A DNA stretch of 64,000 nt, taken from contig CAVPYV010000001.1 of assembly GCA_963710105.1 (NCBI GenBank), positions 1,935,032 through 1,999,031 of the forward strand, read 5' to 3'. Shown in pieces: positions 18,281 to 27,843 of the stretch (within the stretch, counting starts at the first letter, position 1; each line of letters opens with the position of its first letter). A program made the translations under genes and the position numbers. Under the pieces are notes generated by a model that saw only the letters and a program-made list of their open reading frames with translations, was not told where the DNA came from and made no database searches. Source of the DNA: an uncultured Chloroflexia bacterium. Its GTDB lineage: Bacteria; Chloroflexota; Limnocylindria; Limnocylindrales; CSP1-4.

Positions 18281-19569
18281 GCCGGCAGCCTCAGGCGTCG
18301 CTCGAGGCCGCGCAGCGAGCGGGCCGGCGCGACCACCGCGAGGCGCAGGCCGTCGTCGCAGATGAGCTCGCCGGCCAGGCGCTGGACGTCGGAGCTGTCG
18401 ACCGCCGCCACCGCGGCGAGCGCCTCGTCGAGGTCGAGGACCCGGTCGTGGAGCGCCTCCTGGCCGCCGATCCACGAGGCGAGGTGGCGGGTCTCGTCCA
18501 TCCGCAGCTCGAGCCCGCCCGAGAGGTAGGCCTTCGTCTTCGCCAGCTCGTCGGCCGGGACCGCCTCGTCGCGGAGGCGGGCGAGCTCGAGGAGGACCGC
18601 GTCGAGCGCCGCGGGCAGCCGCTCGGGATCGACGCCGGCGGAAACCTCGAGCGAGCCGGCATCGGCGTAGTCGACGAGCCCCGACGACACGTCGTAGGCG
18701 AGGCCCTGGGCCTCCCGGACCGAGAGGAACAGGCGGCTCGACATCCCGTCGCCGAGGACCCCGTTGAGGACCGCCAGGATCCACGCGTCGGGATGGTCGC
18801 GGTGGAGGGCCGGGACGCCGACGATCAGCTGGGCCTGGGTCGCGTCGCGGCGGGCCTTCAGGAGGGCCCGCTCACCGGCCGGCAGGGCCGGGGCGGGGGC
18901 GTAGCCCGGGATCGGGCCGTTGCCGGTGCCGAAGGCGGTCGCCGCGAGATCGACCGCGGTCCCGTGGTCGAGGTCGCCGGCGACGGCGACGACCGTGTTC
19001 GCCGGGCGATACATCGTCCGCCAGAAGCCGCGGATCGTCTCCGACGGCAGCGCCCGGATCCCGTCCTCGTCGCCGCAGATCTCGCGGCCGAGTGGGCCGC
19101 TCCCGAACATCGCCTGCTGGAAGAGCGTCTGGGCGTGCTCCGCCGGGTCGTCGAGGTACGAGCGGATCTCTTCGACGATCACCGTCCGCTCCCCGTCGAT
19201 CTCGGCCTCCTCGAGGCGCGGCCGGACGATCAGCTCGCCGAGGACGTCCATCGCCCGGGTCGCCTCGCGGAGCGGGACGCGGACCCAGTACACCGTCGAC
19301 TCGCGATCGGTGGCGGCATTGAAGGAGCCGCCGACGCCCTCGATCGCCTCGGAGATCGCGCGGGTCGAGGGGAAGCGCTCGGTGCCCTTGAAGGTGAGGT
19401 GCTCCATGAAGTGGGCGGCCCCGGACTCCTCGGGCGTCTCGAGGCGCGAGCCGGCGAGGACGTATGCCGCGATGGAGACCGAACGGGCGCCCGACAGCCT
19501 GGCGCTGATCACGCGCGGCCCACCGGCCAGCGCGGTACGTTCGAACATCGTGTCGATGGTAGCGGACAA
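18277..19569 (-). CDS. M16 family (pitrilysin/insulinase) zinc peptidase
   Basis: Inverted zinc motif HFMEHLTFKGT (HxxEH) plus a downstream Glu region; 430 aa. Confidence 0.9.
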   Translation of the reverse strand: MSATIDTMFERTALAGGPRVISARLSGARSVSIAAYVLAGSRLETPEESGAAHFMEHLTFKGTERFPSTRAISEAIEGVGGSFNAATDRESTVYWVRVPLREATRAMDVLGELIVRPRLEEAEIDGERTVIVEEIRSYLDDPAEHAQTLFQQAMFGSGPLGREICGDEDGIRALPSETIRGFWRTMYRPANTVVAVAGDLDHGTAVDLAATAFGTGNGPIPGYAPAPALPAGERALLKARRDATQAQLIVGVPALHRDHPDAWILAVLNGVLGDGMSSRLFLSVREAQGLAYDVSSGLVDYADAGSLEVSAGVDPERLPAALDAVLLELARLRDEAVPADELAKTKAYLSGGLELRMDETRHLASWIGGQEALHDRVLDLDEALAAVAAVDSSDVQRLAGELICDDGLRLAVVAPARSLRGLERRLRLPA

Positions 19570-19624
19570 CGAACGACCGGCGGCCCGCCGGGCCGCCGGT
19601 CGTGGGATCTCCGTCGCAGCTCGC

Positions 19625-20971
19625 CTAGCTCGGCAGCATGCCGATGATCCAGTTCTGGAGGAAGAACACCAGGAAGCCGATCGAGACGATCCACATCAGC
19701 GGGTGGATGGCGTCGAAGCGGCCGCGGAACAGCTTGATGACGACCCACGAGATGAACCCGGCGCCGATGCCGACCGTGATGTCGTAGGTCAGCGGCATGA
19801 GGATCATCGTCAGGAGGGCGGGGATGCCCTCGTCGACGTCGCCGATGTCGATGCCCTTGACCTGGGTGAACATCAGGTAGCCGACGAGGATCAGGGCGGG
19901 CGCCGTGGCCACGCCCGGGATGATCCCGGCGATCGGCGACAGGAAGATCGCGAGCAGGAACAGGACGCCGGTCACGACCGAGGCGAACCCGGTCCGGCCG
20001 CCTTCGGCGACGCCGGCCGCCGACTCGATGTAGGTCGTGTTCGAGCTGACGCCGGCGAGGCCGCCGACGGCCGCGGCGACGGAGTCGACGAGGAGGACGG
20101 GCCCGACGTTCGGGACCGAGCCGTCGTCACGCGTCAGGCCGGCCTCGCTGGCGACGGCGGTGACCGTCCCCATCGTGTCGAAGAAGTCGGTGAGCATGAT
20201 CGAGAAGACGATCAGGACCGCCGCGATCACGTTCAGCTTCTGGAAGACCTGGAAGGGATCGACATGGCCGATCGTCGAGAACGACGGCGTCAGGACGAAG
20301 TCCGTCGGGATCTTGGTCACCCCGGCGACCAGGGCGATCACCGTCGTGACGAGGATGCTGATGACGAGCGCCGCCCGGATCTTCAGGACCCACAGGCCGA
20401 CCGTCAGGATCACGCCGATCCAGAAGACGAAGTCGGCGGGCTCGGTCGGCAGGTGGAAGGTGACGGGCGTCGCCGGCGGGTTGGCGACGACGAAGCCGCC
20501 GTTGGCGAAGCCGATGAAGAGGATGAACAGGCCGATGCCCGCGCCGATCGCCCGCTTGAGGCCGAGCGGCACGGCGTTCATCACCGCCTCCCGGAAGCCG
20601 ACGATGACGAGGATCGTGACGACGATGCCCTCGAGCAGGATCACGCCCATCGCGCCGGCCGGCGAGAGGCCCTGGCCGATCAGCGAGAACGCGACGATGC
20701 CGTTGATCCCGAGGCCCGCGGCCAGGGCCAGCGGGTAGTTGCCGACGATGCCCATCGCGATCGTCATGATCCCGGCGATCAGGGCCGTGCCCGCCGAGAG
20801 CGCGACCGCGGTGAACGCCGGGTCGAGATCCTTGAACCCACCGGTGAGGATGCTCGGGTTCAGGAAGATGATGTAGGCCATGACCATGAAGGTCGTCAGG
20901 CCGGCTCGGGCCTCCGTCCCGATGGTCGTTCCCCGCTCGGAGAACTTGAAGTAGCTGGCAATTCCATCCAC
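19625..20971 (-). CDS. NCS2 family purine (adenine/guanine/hypoxanthine) permease, AzgA/PbuG type
   Basis: YFKFSERGTTIGTEARAGLTTFMVMAYIIFLNPSIL N-terminus and TTYIESAAGVAEGGRTG box. Confidence 0.9.
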   Translation of the reverse strand: MDGIASYFKFSERGTTIGTEARAGLTTFMVMAYIIFLNPSILTGGFKDLDPAFTAVALSAGTALIAGIMTIAMGIVGNYPLALAAGLGINGIVAFSLIGQGLSPAGAMGVILLEGIVVTILVIVGFREAVMNAVPLGLKRAIGAGIGLFILFIGFANGGFVVANPPATPVTFHLPTEPADFVFWIGVILTVGLWVLKIRAALVISILVTTVIALVAGVTKIPTDFVLTPSFSTIGHVDPFQVFQKLNVIAAVLIVFSIMLTDFFDTMGTVTAVASEAGLTRDDGSVPNVGPVLLVDSVAAAVGGLAGVSSNTTYIESAAGVAEGGRTGFASVVTGVLFLLAIFLSPIAGIIPGVATAPALILVGYLMFTQVKGIDIGDVDEGIPALLTMILMPLTYDITVGIGAGFISWVVIKLFRGRFDAIHPLMWIVSIGFLVFFLQNWIIGMLPS

Positions 20972-21129
20972 GTCGAGTCAGTCCCTCCAACTCCCTCGCG
21001 CGCCGAGGCCCGGGCGGGCTCGGACCACGCCTCGTGCTCCCGGGCCGTCCGGATCCCCGGTCGGGCCCGTCTCCCTCCCAACCGATCCCCTCGCCGGCGC
21101 GCCGCTCCTCCTGGGCGAACGCGCCAGAC

Positions 21130-21561
21130 CTACTCGATCTCGCGAGCCTCCAGCCCCTGGAGCTCCATCTGGACGAAGCCGCTGGTGTCGAACGTGAGCT
21201 GCTCGGCGCCGCCGGACGCGCTGTCGTCGATCGTCAGCGGGGCGTACTCGATGATCACCCGCTCGTCGCCCTGGACGAGGGCATAGACGAGGAGCTGGTC
21301 CGGGCGGGTGTCGAACTCGAGGTGCTCGAAGGAATCCACGTTGAGGCTGATCGAGATCGGGGTGAAGTAGGTCGAGATGTCCGGGTCGTCCGAGACGATC
21401 CGCTCGACCCAGCCCGTGCCGTGGGCGACGAGCTCGCGGCCGCGCTGGTAGCGGTACGAGACGGTCTGCTTGAGGAGAGGCCGGAGGAGGTTCTGCATGT
21501 CGACGCGGCTCGTGACGACGCCCTGGTTGACGAAGAACTTCGCGGACGGGACGGAGGTCAC
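21130..21561 (-). CDS. Conserved-looking hypothetical protein (143 aa)
   Basis: Good coding character (VTSVPSAKFFVNQGVVTSRVDMQNLLRPLLKQTVSYRYQRGRELVAHGTGW...). GTG 21561 is preceded by GAGGAG 8 nt upstream. I do not recognise a family. Confidence 0.6.
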   Translation of the reverse strand: MTSVPSAKFFVNQGVVTSRVDMQNLLRPLLKQTVSYRYQRGRELVAHGTGWVERIVSDDPDISTYFTPISISLNVDSFEHLEFDTRPDQLLVYALVQGDERVIIEYAPLTIDDSASGGAEQLTFDTSGFVQMELQGLEAREIE

Positions 21562-21744
21562 GGCGGATGCTCCTCGGCGGTCGGAGAGGTCGGGGGCTGG
21601 ACCGAGCGGTGGGCGGCGGTGGGCGGCGGTGGGCAGGCCGATGGTAACGCAGCGGACCGCCGGTCGACACCCGATTTCACGGCGGAATTGGGCGCCCACG
21701 CGGGGCAGTTCGGCGTTGGTTCGAGGGCACCGCCCGGCGACCCG

Positions 21745-21750
21745 TATGAT
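21745..21750 (+). promoter_or_regulatory. -10-like hexamer TATGAT, 6 nt upstream of the coaX ATG (leaderless-type promoter)
   Basis: cccgTATGATcggcccATG, with no Shine-Dalgarno in between. Confidence 0.4.
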
Positions 21751-21756
21751 CGGCCC

Positions 21757-22572
21757 ATGCTGCTCGCGCTCGACATCGGCAACACCAACCTCACGACCGG
21801 CCTGTTCCGGAACGGGTCCCTCGCCGCGACGCGCCGCGCGGCGACCGATCCGCGGGTCTCGGCCGACGAGCTCGAGCTCCTCCTCGAGGCCCTGCTCCGG
21901 CTCGACGACGCCTCGTTCGCCGACGTCTCCGCGATCGCCTGCTGCTCGGTGGTCCCGTCCCTCACCGCCGCCCTCGAAGCCGTCGCCGCCCGGCGTGAGC
22001 GGCCGCTCCTCGTCGCCGCCGCCGGGACCGTCCCGATCGCGATCCGTGTCGACCGTCCCGCGGACGTCGGCGCCGACCGCCTCGTGAACGCGCTCGCCGC
22101 GGCCCGGATCCACGGGACGCCGGCCGTCGTCGCCGACTTCGGGACGGCCACGACGATCGACTGCGTGGCCGCCGACGGGGCGTTCGTCGGCGGGGCGATC
22201 GCGCCGGGGCTGGAGCTCGGCCTCGAGGCGCTCGCGGCACGGACCGCGAAGCTGCCGCGGGTCGAGCTGCGAGCGCCGGACCGGGCGATCGGTCGCGACA
22301 CGGTCAGCGCGATCCAGAGCGGGAGCATCCTCGGCTACCAGGCCCTCGCGGACGGCCTGATCGCCCGGATCCGGGTCGAGCTCGCCGAGGCGTCCGGGGT
22401 CGCGCCCGGTGACGTCCGTTTGATCCTCACGGGCGGCCTCGCGGCGGCGCCGTGGGCCCAGGGGCTCGCGAACGTGGACGCGATCGACCCGACCCTGACC
22501 CTTAAGGGCCTCGCGATCCTCCACGCCGAGGTCGGCGGCGGGCAGCCGCTCGAGCTCGGGCTGCCGACGTGA
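21757..22572 (+). CDS. coaX: Type III pantothenate kinase
   Basis: MLLALDIGNTN, GADRLVNA, VADFGTATTID and TGGLA motifs. Confidence 0.9.
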   Translation: MLLALDIGNTNLTTGLFRNGSLAATRRAATDPRVSADELELLLEALLRLDDASFADVSAIACCSVVPSLTAALEAVAARRERPLLVAAAGTVPIAIRVDRPADVGADRLVNALAAARIHGTPAVVADFGTATTIDCVAADGAFVGGAIAPGLELGLEALAARTAKLPRVELRAPDRAIGRDTVSAIQSGSILGYQALADGLIARIRVELAEASGVAPGDVRLILTGGLAAAPWAQGLANVDAIDPTLTLKGLAILHAEVGGGQPLELGLPT

Positions 22573-23927
22573 CGGCCGATTCCGGCATGCCGCCCGCCGG
22601 CAGGCTCGCCGGCCGGCTGATCGCCGTCGGGATCACCGGCTCGATCGCGGCCTACAAGGCCGCCGACCTCGTCCGCCGCCTCGGCGACGAGGGCGCCGAC
22701 GTCGTCGTCCTGATGACCCCGACCGCGACGCGCTTCGTCGGCGCCCTGACGTTCGCGGCGCTGACCCGGCACCCGGTCGAGACCGATGTCGGCGGCGGCC
22801 TCCTCGACGACCAGCGGATCGGCCACATCGTGATCGCCGACAGCGCGGACGCGATCGTCGTCGCCCCGGCCACGGCCCACTGGCTCGCGGCGATGGCCGC
22901 CGGGCTCGCCGGCGACGCGGTCACGGCGGCCGTCCTCGCGAGCGCCGCGCCGGTCGTGGTCGCCCCGGCCATGGACGGCGAGATGTACGGCCACCCGGCG
23001 ACCCGGGCGAACGTCGCCCGGCTGCGCGACGACTTCGGCTATGCGATCGTCGAGCCCGAGGCGGGGCCGCTCGCCAGCGGCCAGACGGGCCGCGGCCGGC
23101 TCGCGGAGACCGGCGCCATCGTCGACGCGGTCGTCGCCGCCGTCGCGGGCCGGCCCGTCCGGGCTCCGGATCCCGCCGCCCGCCCGCCGATCAGCGGCGA
23201 GGTCCGTGACGCCGATCTCGCGGGCCGCCGTGTGGTCGTCAGCGCCGGTGGCACGGCCGAGCCGATCGACCCGGTCCGGTTCATCGGCAACCGGTCGACC
23301 GGCAGGATGGGCGTCGCCCTGGCCGAGGCCGCGCTCGCGCGCGGCGCGCGGGTCACGCTCGTCGCGGGCCAGGTGAGCGTGGCGTTGCCCGGCGATCCGG
23401 CCGTGACCGTCGTCCGAGCCGAGACGACCGCCGCGATGGCCGACGCCGTCCGGCAGGCCGTCGGATCGGCCGACGCCCTGATCATGGCCGCCGCCGTTGC
23501 CGACTTCCGGCCGCGCCGGTCGGCATCGACCAAGCTCAGCCGCGACGAGGGCCTGACCCTCGAGCTGGAGCCGACCGAGGACATCCTCGCCGGCATCGCC
23601 TCGGCGGTGCCGCCTCCCGGCGATCCGGCCCGGCCCGTCCTCGTCGGCTTCGCGGCCGAGACGGGCTCGCTCGATCGGGCGCCCGACAAGCTGCGCCGGA
23701 AGGGCGTCGACCTCCTCGTGGCGAACGACGTGTCCGAGGCCGGCTCCGGGTTCGGGACCGACACGAACCGGGTCGTCATCCTCGCCGCCGACGGCTCGCG
23801 CGACGAGCTGCCGCTGCTGTCGAAGCGCGAGGTCGCCGATCGGATCCTCGATCGCGTGGCCGCCGCGCTGGACGCCCGCGGCAGCGGGTCGCAGACTGAG
23901 CCCGTCACGCAGGAGACCCGACCTTGA
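22569..23927 (+). CDS. coaBC: Bifunctional phosphopantothenoylcysteine decarboxylase / phosphopantothenate--cysteine ligase
   Basis: The N-terminal flavoprotein domain (GITGSIAAYKAADLVRRL, PAMDGEMY) and the C-terminal CoaB domain (NRSTGRMG, AAAVADFRP, KLRRKGVDLLVANDV). GTG overlaps the coaX stop. Confidence 0.95.
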   Translation: MTADSGMPPAGRLAGRLIAVGITGSIAAYKAADLVRRLGDEGADVVVLMTPTATRFVGALTFAALTRHPVETDVGGGLLDDQRIGHIVIADSADAIVVAPATAHWLAAMAAGLAGDAVTAAVLASAAPVVVAPAMDGEMYGHPATRANVARLRDDFGYAIVEPEAGPLASGQTGRGRLAETGAIVDAVVAAVAGRPVRAPDPAARPPISGEVRDADLAGRRVVVSAGGTAEPIDPVRFIGNRSTGRMGVALAEAALARGARVTLVAGQVSVALPGDPAVTVVRAETTAAMADAVRQAVGSADALIMAAAVADFRPRRSASTKLSRDEGLTLELEPTEDILAGIASAVPPPGDPARPVLVGFAAETGSLDRAPDKLRRKGVDLLVANDVSEAGSGFGTDTNRVVILAADGSRDELPLLSKREVADRILDRVAAALDARGSGSQTEPVTQETRP

Positions 23928-24856
23928 GCGCCACCTCGGAGACCATCCGCCGCCTGACCGTCGGTGACATCGCCAAGCTCCACGCCGACGGCCAGCGGAT
24001 CGCGATGCTGACCGCCTACGACTATCCGACGGCGAAGCTCCTCGACGAGGCCGGGATCCCCCTGCTGCTCGTCGGCGATTCGCTCGGCCGGGCGATGCTC
24101 GGCTACGAGAACGAGATCCCGGTGTCGATGGCGGACATGCTCCATCACACGGCCGCCGTGACCCGCGGCGCGAAGCGCGCGCTCGTGATCGGCGACATGC
24201 CCTTCCTGAGCTACGCGACCCCCGAGACCGCGGTCGCCAACGCCGGCCGGTTCCTGTCCGAGGCCGGGGCCCAGGCCGTCAAGGTCGAGGGCGGGGTGCG
24301 CACGCAACGGACGATCGAGGCGATCGTCAAGGCCGGGATCCCGACGATGGGCCACATCGGCTGGACCCCCCAGGCGGCCAACGCCGCGGGCAAGGTCCGG
24401 GTCCTCGGCAAGAACCGCGAGCAGGCCCGGACGCTGCTCCACGATGCCCTCGCGGTCCAGGAGGCGGGCGCGTTCGCGATCGTCCTCGAGCTCGTTCCCG
24501 AGCAGCTCGCCGCGGCGATCACGGATCGGCTGCGGATCCCGACGATTGGCATCGGCGCGGGCGCGGGCTGCAGCGGCCAGGTCCAGGTGATCACGGACCT
24601 CCTCGGGATCGACGCCTGGCACCCGAAGCACGCGAAGCCGTATGCCGATTTAAGGGGGACGATCCTCGCCGCCGCCCAGGCCTACGCGGCGGACGTCGCG
24701 GCCGGCACGTTCCCGGGGCCCGAGCAGACCGTCCGGATGGACGACGAGGTCCTCGACGAGGTGCTCGGCCGCGGCGCGTCCGACCGCGGCGCGTCCGATC
24801 GCGATGCCGACCGGGACGCGATCCCGGGCGGGATCCCCCTCGACCGCGACCTCTGA
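23924..24856 (+). CDS. panB: 3-methyl-2-oxobutanoate hydroxymethyltransferase
   Basis: IAMLTAYDYPTAKLLDEAGIPLLLVGDSLG, VKVEGG and GHIGWTPQ motifs. The TTG start overlaps the coaBC stop, with AGGAGA 7 nt upstream. Confidence 0.95.
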   Translation: MSATSETIRRLTVGDIAKLHADGQRIAMLTAYDYPTAKLLDEAGIPLLLVGDSLGRAMLGYENEIPVSMADMLHHTAAVTRGAKRALVIGDMPFLSYATPETAVANAGRFLSEAGAQAVKVEGGVRTQRTIEAIVKAGIPTMGHIGWTPQAANAAGKVRVLGKNREQARTLLHDALAVQEAGAFAIVLELVPEQLAAAITDRLRIPTIGIGAGAGCSGQVQVITDLLGIDAWHPKHAKPYADLRGTILAAAQAYAADVAAGTFPGPEQTVRMDDEVLDEVLGRGASDRGASDRDADRDAIPGGIPLDRDL

Positions 24857-25027
24857 GGGGGCGGCGCGCCGACCCGGCCGCGCCGACCGATCGCCCGTCC
24901 TCGTCACGCCACAGCGGGCGCCGTCCGGCAGCGGTCGCCCAGCGCCGCGGAATCGCGGTCGTTACCCGAACGCGGAACGACTTCACGACGACGGCTGACC
25001 GTCGGCTGCGCGACGACGGGATCGCCG

Positions 25028-25777
25028 GTGAAATGCGGCTACTCGCCTCGTGGTCTGCGGGCACTCGCCATCGTGGTCTGCGGCTCTCCCCCAGCGATAT
25101 GCGGCTATTCGCCGCCGCCGCGCGGTGGGACAAGGGAGCGAGCGGGCGGCGCCGGCGCCGGGGCCGGGGCCAGCGGCGCCGTGGCCGGGCGGGCCGCCCC
25201 AACCGTGCTCGACCCCGGGCCCAAGGTCACGCACAACGACCAGGGCCAGCTCGTCGACCGCGGCAAGACCGAGGGCGCCCAGGCGATCCTCGCCCTCCTG
25301 ACGAATGACTGGGGCTTCAAGGTCGATTCGAACGAGCTGAACCCGAACCACCCGCTCGTCAACACGGCCAGCGAGTACATGTACCAGATGGCCACGATCT
25401 CGTACCACACCCTCCACGCCGCCACCACCGTCACCTTCCCCGCGGATGTCGTCGTCGACGGCAAGGTCGTCCAGGCGGCCGGCACCTATGACTTCCAGAA
25501 CACCGGCAAGTACTGGACCGGCTTCGACCGGACGAACCCGATCGAGGGTGCCGCCCGCGACAAGATCTGGACCGGCACCGCGCATGCCCTGATCGCCGAG
25601 CTCGGCGTCGGCAGCGTCACCGCCTCCGCCCTGACGATGGGCCTCGGCATCGCCGCCCTGTTCGCCCTGATCGGCGCGACGGTCCTCCTGACCGGGCTCG
25701 GCCTGGTCTGGGCGACCCGGGCGGCCACCGAGAGCGCCAAGGCTCCGGCCTTCCAGCGAGCGTTCGAACCGGCCTGA
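25028..25777 (+). CDS. Hypothetical protein with C-terminal transmembrane anchor (start uncertain; GTG 25181 or 25205 possible)
   Basis: Clear coding character from about 25200 (KVTHNDQGQLVDRGKTEGAQAILALLTNDWGFKVDSNELNPNHPLVNTASEYMYQMATISYH...). C-terminal TM segment LGIAALFALIGATVLLTGLGLVW. No family recognised. The first 50 or so codons overlap a repeat region. Confidence 0.55.
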   Translation: MKCGYSPRGLRALAIVVCGSPPAICGYSPPPRGGTRERAGGAGAGAGASGAVAGRAAPTVLDPGPKVTHNDQGQLVDRGKTEGAQAILALLTNDWGFKVDSNELNPNHPLVNTASEYMYQMATISYHTLHAATTVTFPADVVVDGKVVQAAGTYDFQNTGKYWTGFDRTNPIEGAARDKIWTGTAHALIAELGVGSVTASALTMGLGIAALFALIGATVLLTGLGLVWATRAATESAKAPAFQRAFEPA

Positions 25778-25882
25778 ACCCACGCGGGCCGGCGCGCGAT
25801 CGCCGGCACCCACCCCGCCTCCCGCGAACGGCGAGGATCCCCTCGGGTCCTCGCCGTTCGACGCGTCCCGGCCCCGATGCCG

Positions 25883-25888
25883 TAGCCT
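25883..25888 (+). promoter_or_regulatory. -10-like hexamer TAGCCT, 6 nt upstream of the panC GTG (leaderless-type promoter)
   Basis: gccgTAGCCTcaccgcGTG. Confidence 0.35.
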
Positions 25889-25894
25889 CACCGC

Positions 25895-26761
25895 GTGACC
25901 ACGATCGAGCTCCGGCCGACGACCCGGATCGTCCGCACCCGGGCCGCCCTGCGCGAGGCCCTGGCCGACGCGCCGCGGCCGCTCGGCCTCGTCCCGACGA
26001 TGGGCTGGCTCCACGCGGGACATCGGTCCCTCATGGAGCAGGCCCGCGCCGGCAACGCCACGACGATCGTCACGATCTTCGTCAACCCGCGTCAGTTCAA
26101 CGAGGCGGCCGACTACCAGCGCTACCCGCGGAACGAGGCGCGCGACCTCGCGATCTGCGCGGAGGAGCGGGTCGACCTCGTGTTCGCCCCCGAGGTCGAG
26201 GAGGTCTTCCCGCCCGGCTTCGACACGACCGTGTCGGTCGGGGCGGTCGCCCGACCCCTCGAGGGCGCGGCCCGGCCCGGCCATTTCGACGGTGTCGCCA
26301 CCGTCGTCGCCATCCTGTTCGACCTGATCGGCGCTGATCGCGCCTACTTCGGCCAGAAGGACGCCCAGCAGGTCCTGGTCATCCGCCAGATGGCCCGGGA
26401 CCTCGCGATCCCGACCGAGGTCATCGCCTGCCCGACCGTCCGGGAGCCCGACGGGCTCGCCCTGTCGTCGCGGAACGTCCACCTCACGCCCGACGAGCGC
26501 GCCGCCGCCCCGGTCCTCCATCGGGCCCTCCTCGCCGCCCGGGCCCGCTGGGAGGCGGGCGAGCGCGGCGGCGACGCCCTTCGCGACGCGATGTGGGAGG
26601 TCCTCACGGAGGAGCCGTTGGCGACCCCGGCCTACGTCAGCGTCGCCGACGGGCAGACGCTGGCGGAGCTCGACCAGGTCGCCGACGGAGAGCCGGCGCT
26701 CCTGTCGCTGGCGGCCCGGCTCGGTGACACCCGCCTGATCGACAACGAGCCACTCGTCTGA
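25895..26761 (+). CDS. panC: Pantoate--beta-alanine ligase
   Basis: LVPTMGWLHAGHRSLM (HIGH-type), FVNPRQFN, YFGQKDAQQ and ALSSRN motifs. Confidence 0.95.
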   Translation: MTTIELRPTTRIVRTRAALREALADAPRPLGLVPTMGWLHAGHRSLMEQARAGNATTIVTIFVNPRQFNEAADYQRYPRNEARDLAICAEERVDLVFAPEVEEVFPPGFDTTVSVGAVARPLEGAARPGHFDGVATVVAILFDLIGADRAYFGQKDAQQVLVIRQMARDLAIPTEVIACPTVREPDGLALSSRNVHLTPDERAAAPVLHRALLAARARWEAGERGGDALRDAMWEVLTEEPLATPAYVSVADGQTLAELDQVADGEPALLSLAARLGDTRLIDNEPLV

Positions 26762-26855
26762 CGGATCCACCGTGGCGGGGCGATGACCGCCCGACATCCG
26801 GGTTCAGTGGTCTCATCGCTCGCCCGGACGCCCCCGGCCGCCGACGATCGACGGC

Positions 26856-27821
26856 ATGGACGACCTTCCGAACCGGCGCACCCTGTTCATCATCGTCGGC
26901 CTCCTGATCGGCGGGGCCTTCCTCGCGTCCTCCGTGTTCATGGGCGGCCAGGTGTCGACCGTCCTCTCGACGGTCGGCGCCGCGATCCCCGACCACCAGG
27001 GCGGCGGCACGTCGGACACCACGGATGGCACGGATGGCAACGGGGCGACCGGCGAGGGGGCCTCCGGACCGGTCGCGGATGCGGCCGCCGCCCCCGTCCA
27101 GGCGCTCCTGATCGTCCGGACCGGCGAGCTCCGCCTCGAGGTCGCGGACCTCGCCGCGGCCGTGCGCGACGGGGATGCCGCGGTCCTGCGGGCCGGCGGC
27201 TACGTAAGCGGATCGAGCCAGACCGCCAGCGCCGCCGACGCGTCGGCCGAGGTCACCTACCGGATCCCGAGCGCCGCGTGGGACGCGACGCTCCGGTCGC
27301 TCCACACGCTGGCTCGGAAGATCGACCGCGAGCAGATCACGACCGAGGAGGTCACCGGCCAGGTCGTCGACCTCGGCGCCCGGATCGCCAACCTCCGGGC
27401 GACCGAGGCGGCCCTCCAGGCGATCATGGCGAAGGCGACGAAGATCAGCGACGTCCTCGACGTCCAGGACAAGCTGACGACCACGCGCGGCGAGATCGAG
27501 AAGGCCGTCGCCGATCGGCAGCAGCTCGAGGATCGCGCGGCCTACGGCAGCCTGGACGTGACGTTCCACCTCCCCGCCGTCGTGCGCCCGGCCGCCACGC
27601 CGGCGCCCGTGAAGGGCTGGGACCCGGCCGACGACGTTGCCCGGGCGAGCGGCAAGCTCGTCCGGATCGGCCAGACGACGACCTCGATCGGGATCTGGCT
27701 GGCGATCGTCGGGCTGCCCCTGGCGGTGGGTGGCGGGATCCTCCTGATCGCGGCGTGGCAGGTCGTCCGGATCGGACGCTGGATGGCGCGGCGGCGCGAG
27801 CGCGCGTTGCAGGGCGCCTGA
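26856..27821 (+). CDS. DUF4349 domain protein (membrane anchored, coiled-coil)
   Basis: N-terminal TM segment, LIVRTGELRLEVADL..., a coiled-coil region (LRATEAALQAIMAKATKISDVLDVQDKLTTTRGEIE) and C-terminal TM segments. This is the layout I associate with DUF4349. Confidence 0.8.
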   Translation: MDDLPNRRTLFIIVGLLIGGAFLASSVFMGGQVSTVLSTVGAAIPDHQGGGTSDTTDGTDGNGATGEGASGPVADAAAAPVQALLIVRTGELRLEVADLAAAVRDGDAAVLRAGGYVSGSSQTASAADASAEVTYRIPSAAWDATLRSLHTLARKIDREQITTEEVTGQVVDLGARIANLRATEAALQAIMAKATKISDVLDVQDKLTTTRGEIEKAVADRQQLEDRAAYGSLDVTFHLPAVVRPAATPAPVKGWDPADDVARASGKLVRIGQTTTSIGIWLAIVGLPLAVGGGILLIAAWQVVRIGRWMARRRERALQGA

Positions 27822-27843
27822 TCCAGCTGGCCCAGCTCCCGGC

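Noticed and set aside
20972-21129. Purine riboswitch upstream of the NCS2 purine permease
   Set aside because: I read the 158-nt leader on the sense strand and could not find the conserved purine-riboswitch core (the U-rich junction and loop-loop motifs such as UAUAAU…GGAUAUGG…CCGUAAAU). Only a GGAGGGA Shine-Dalgarno stands out.
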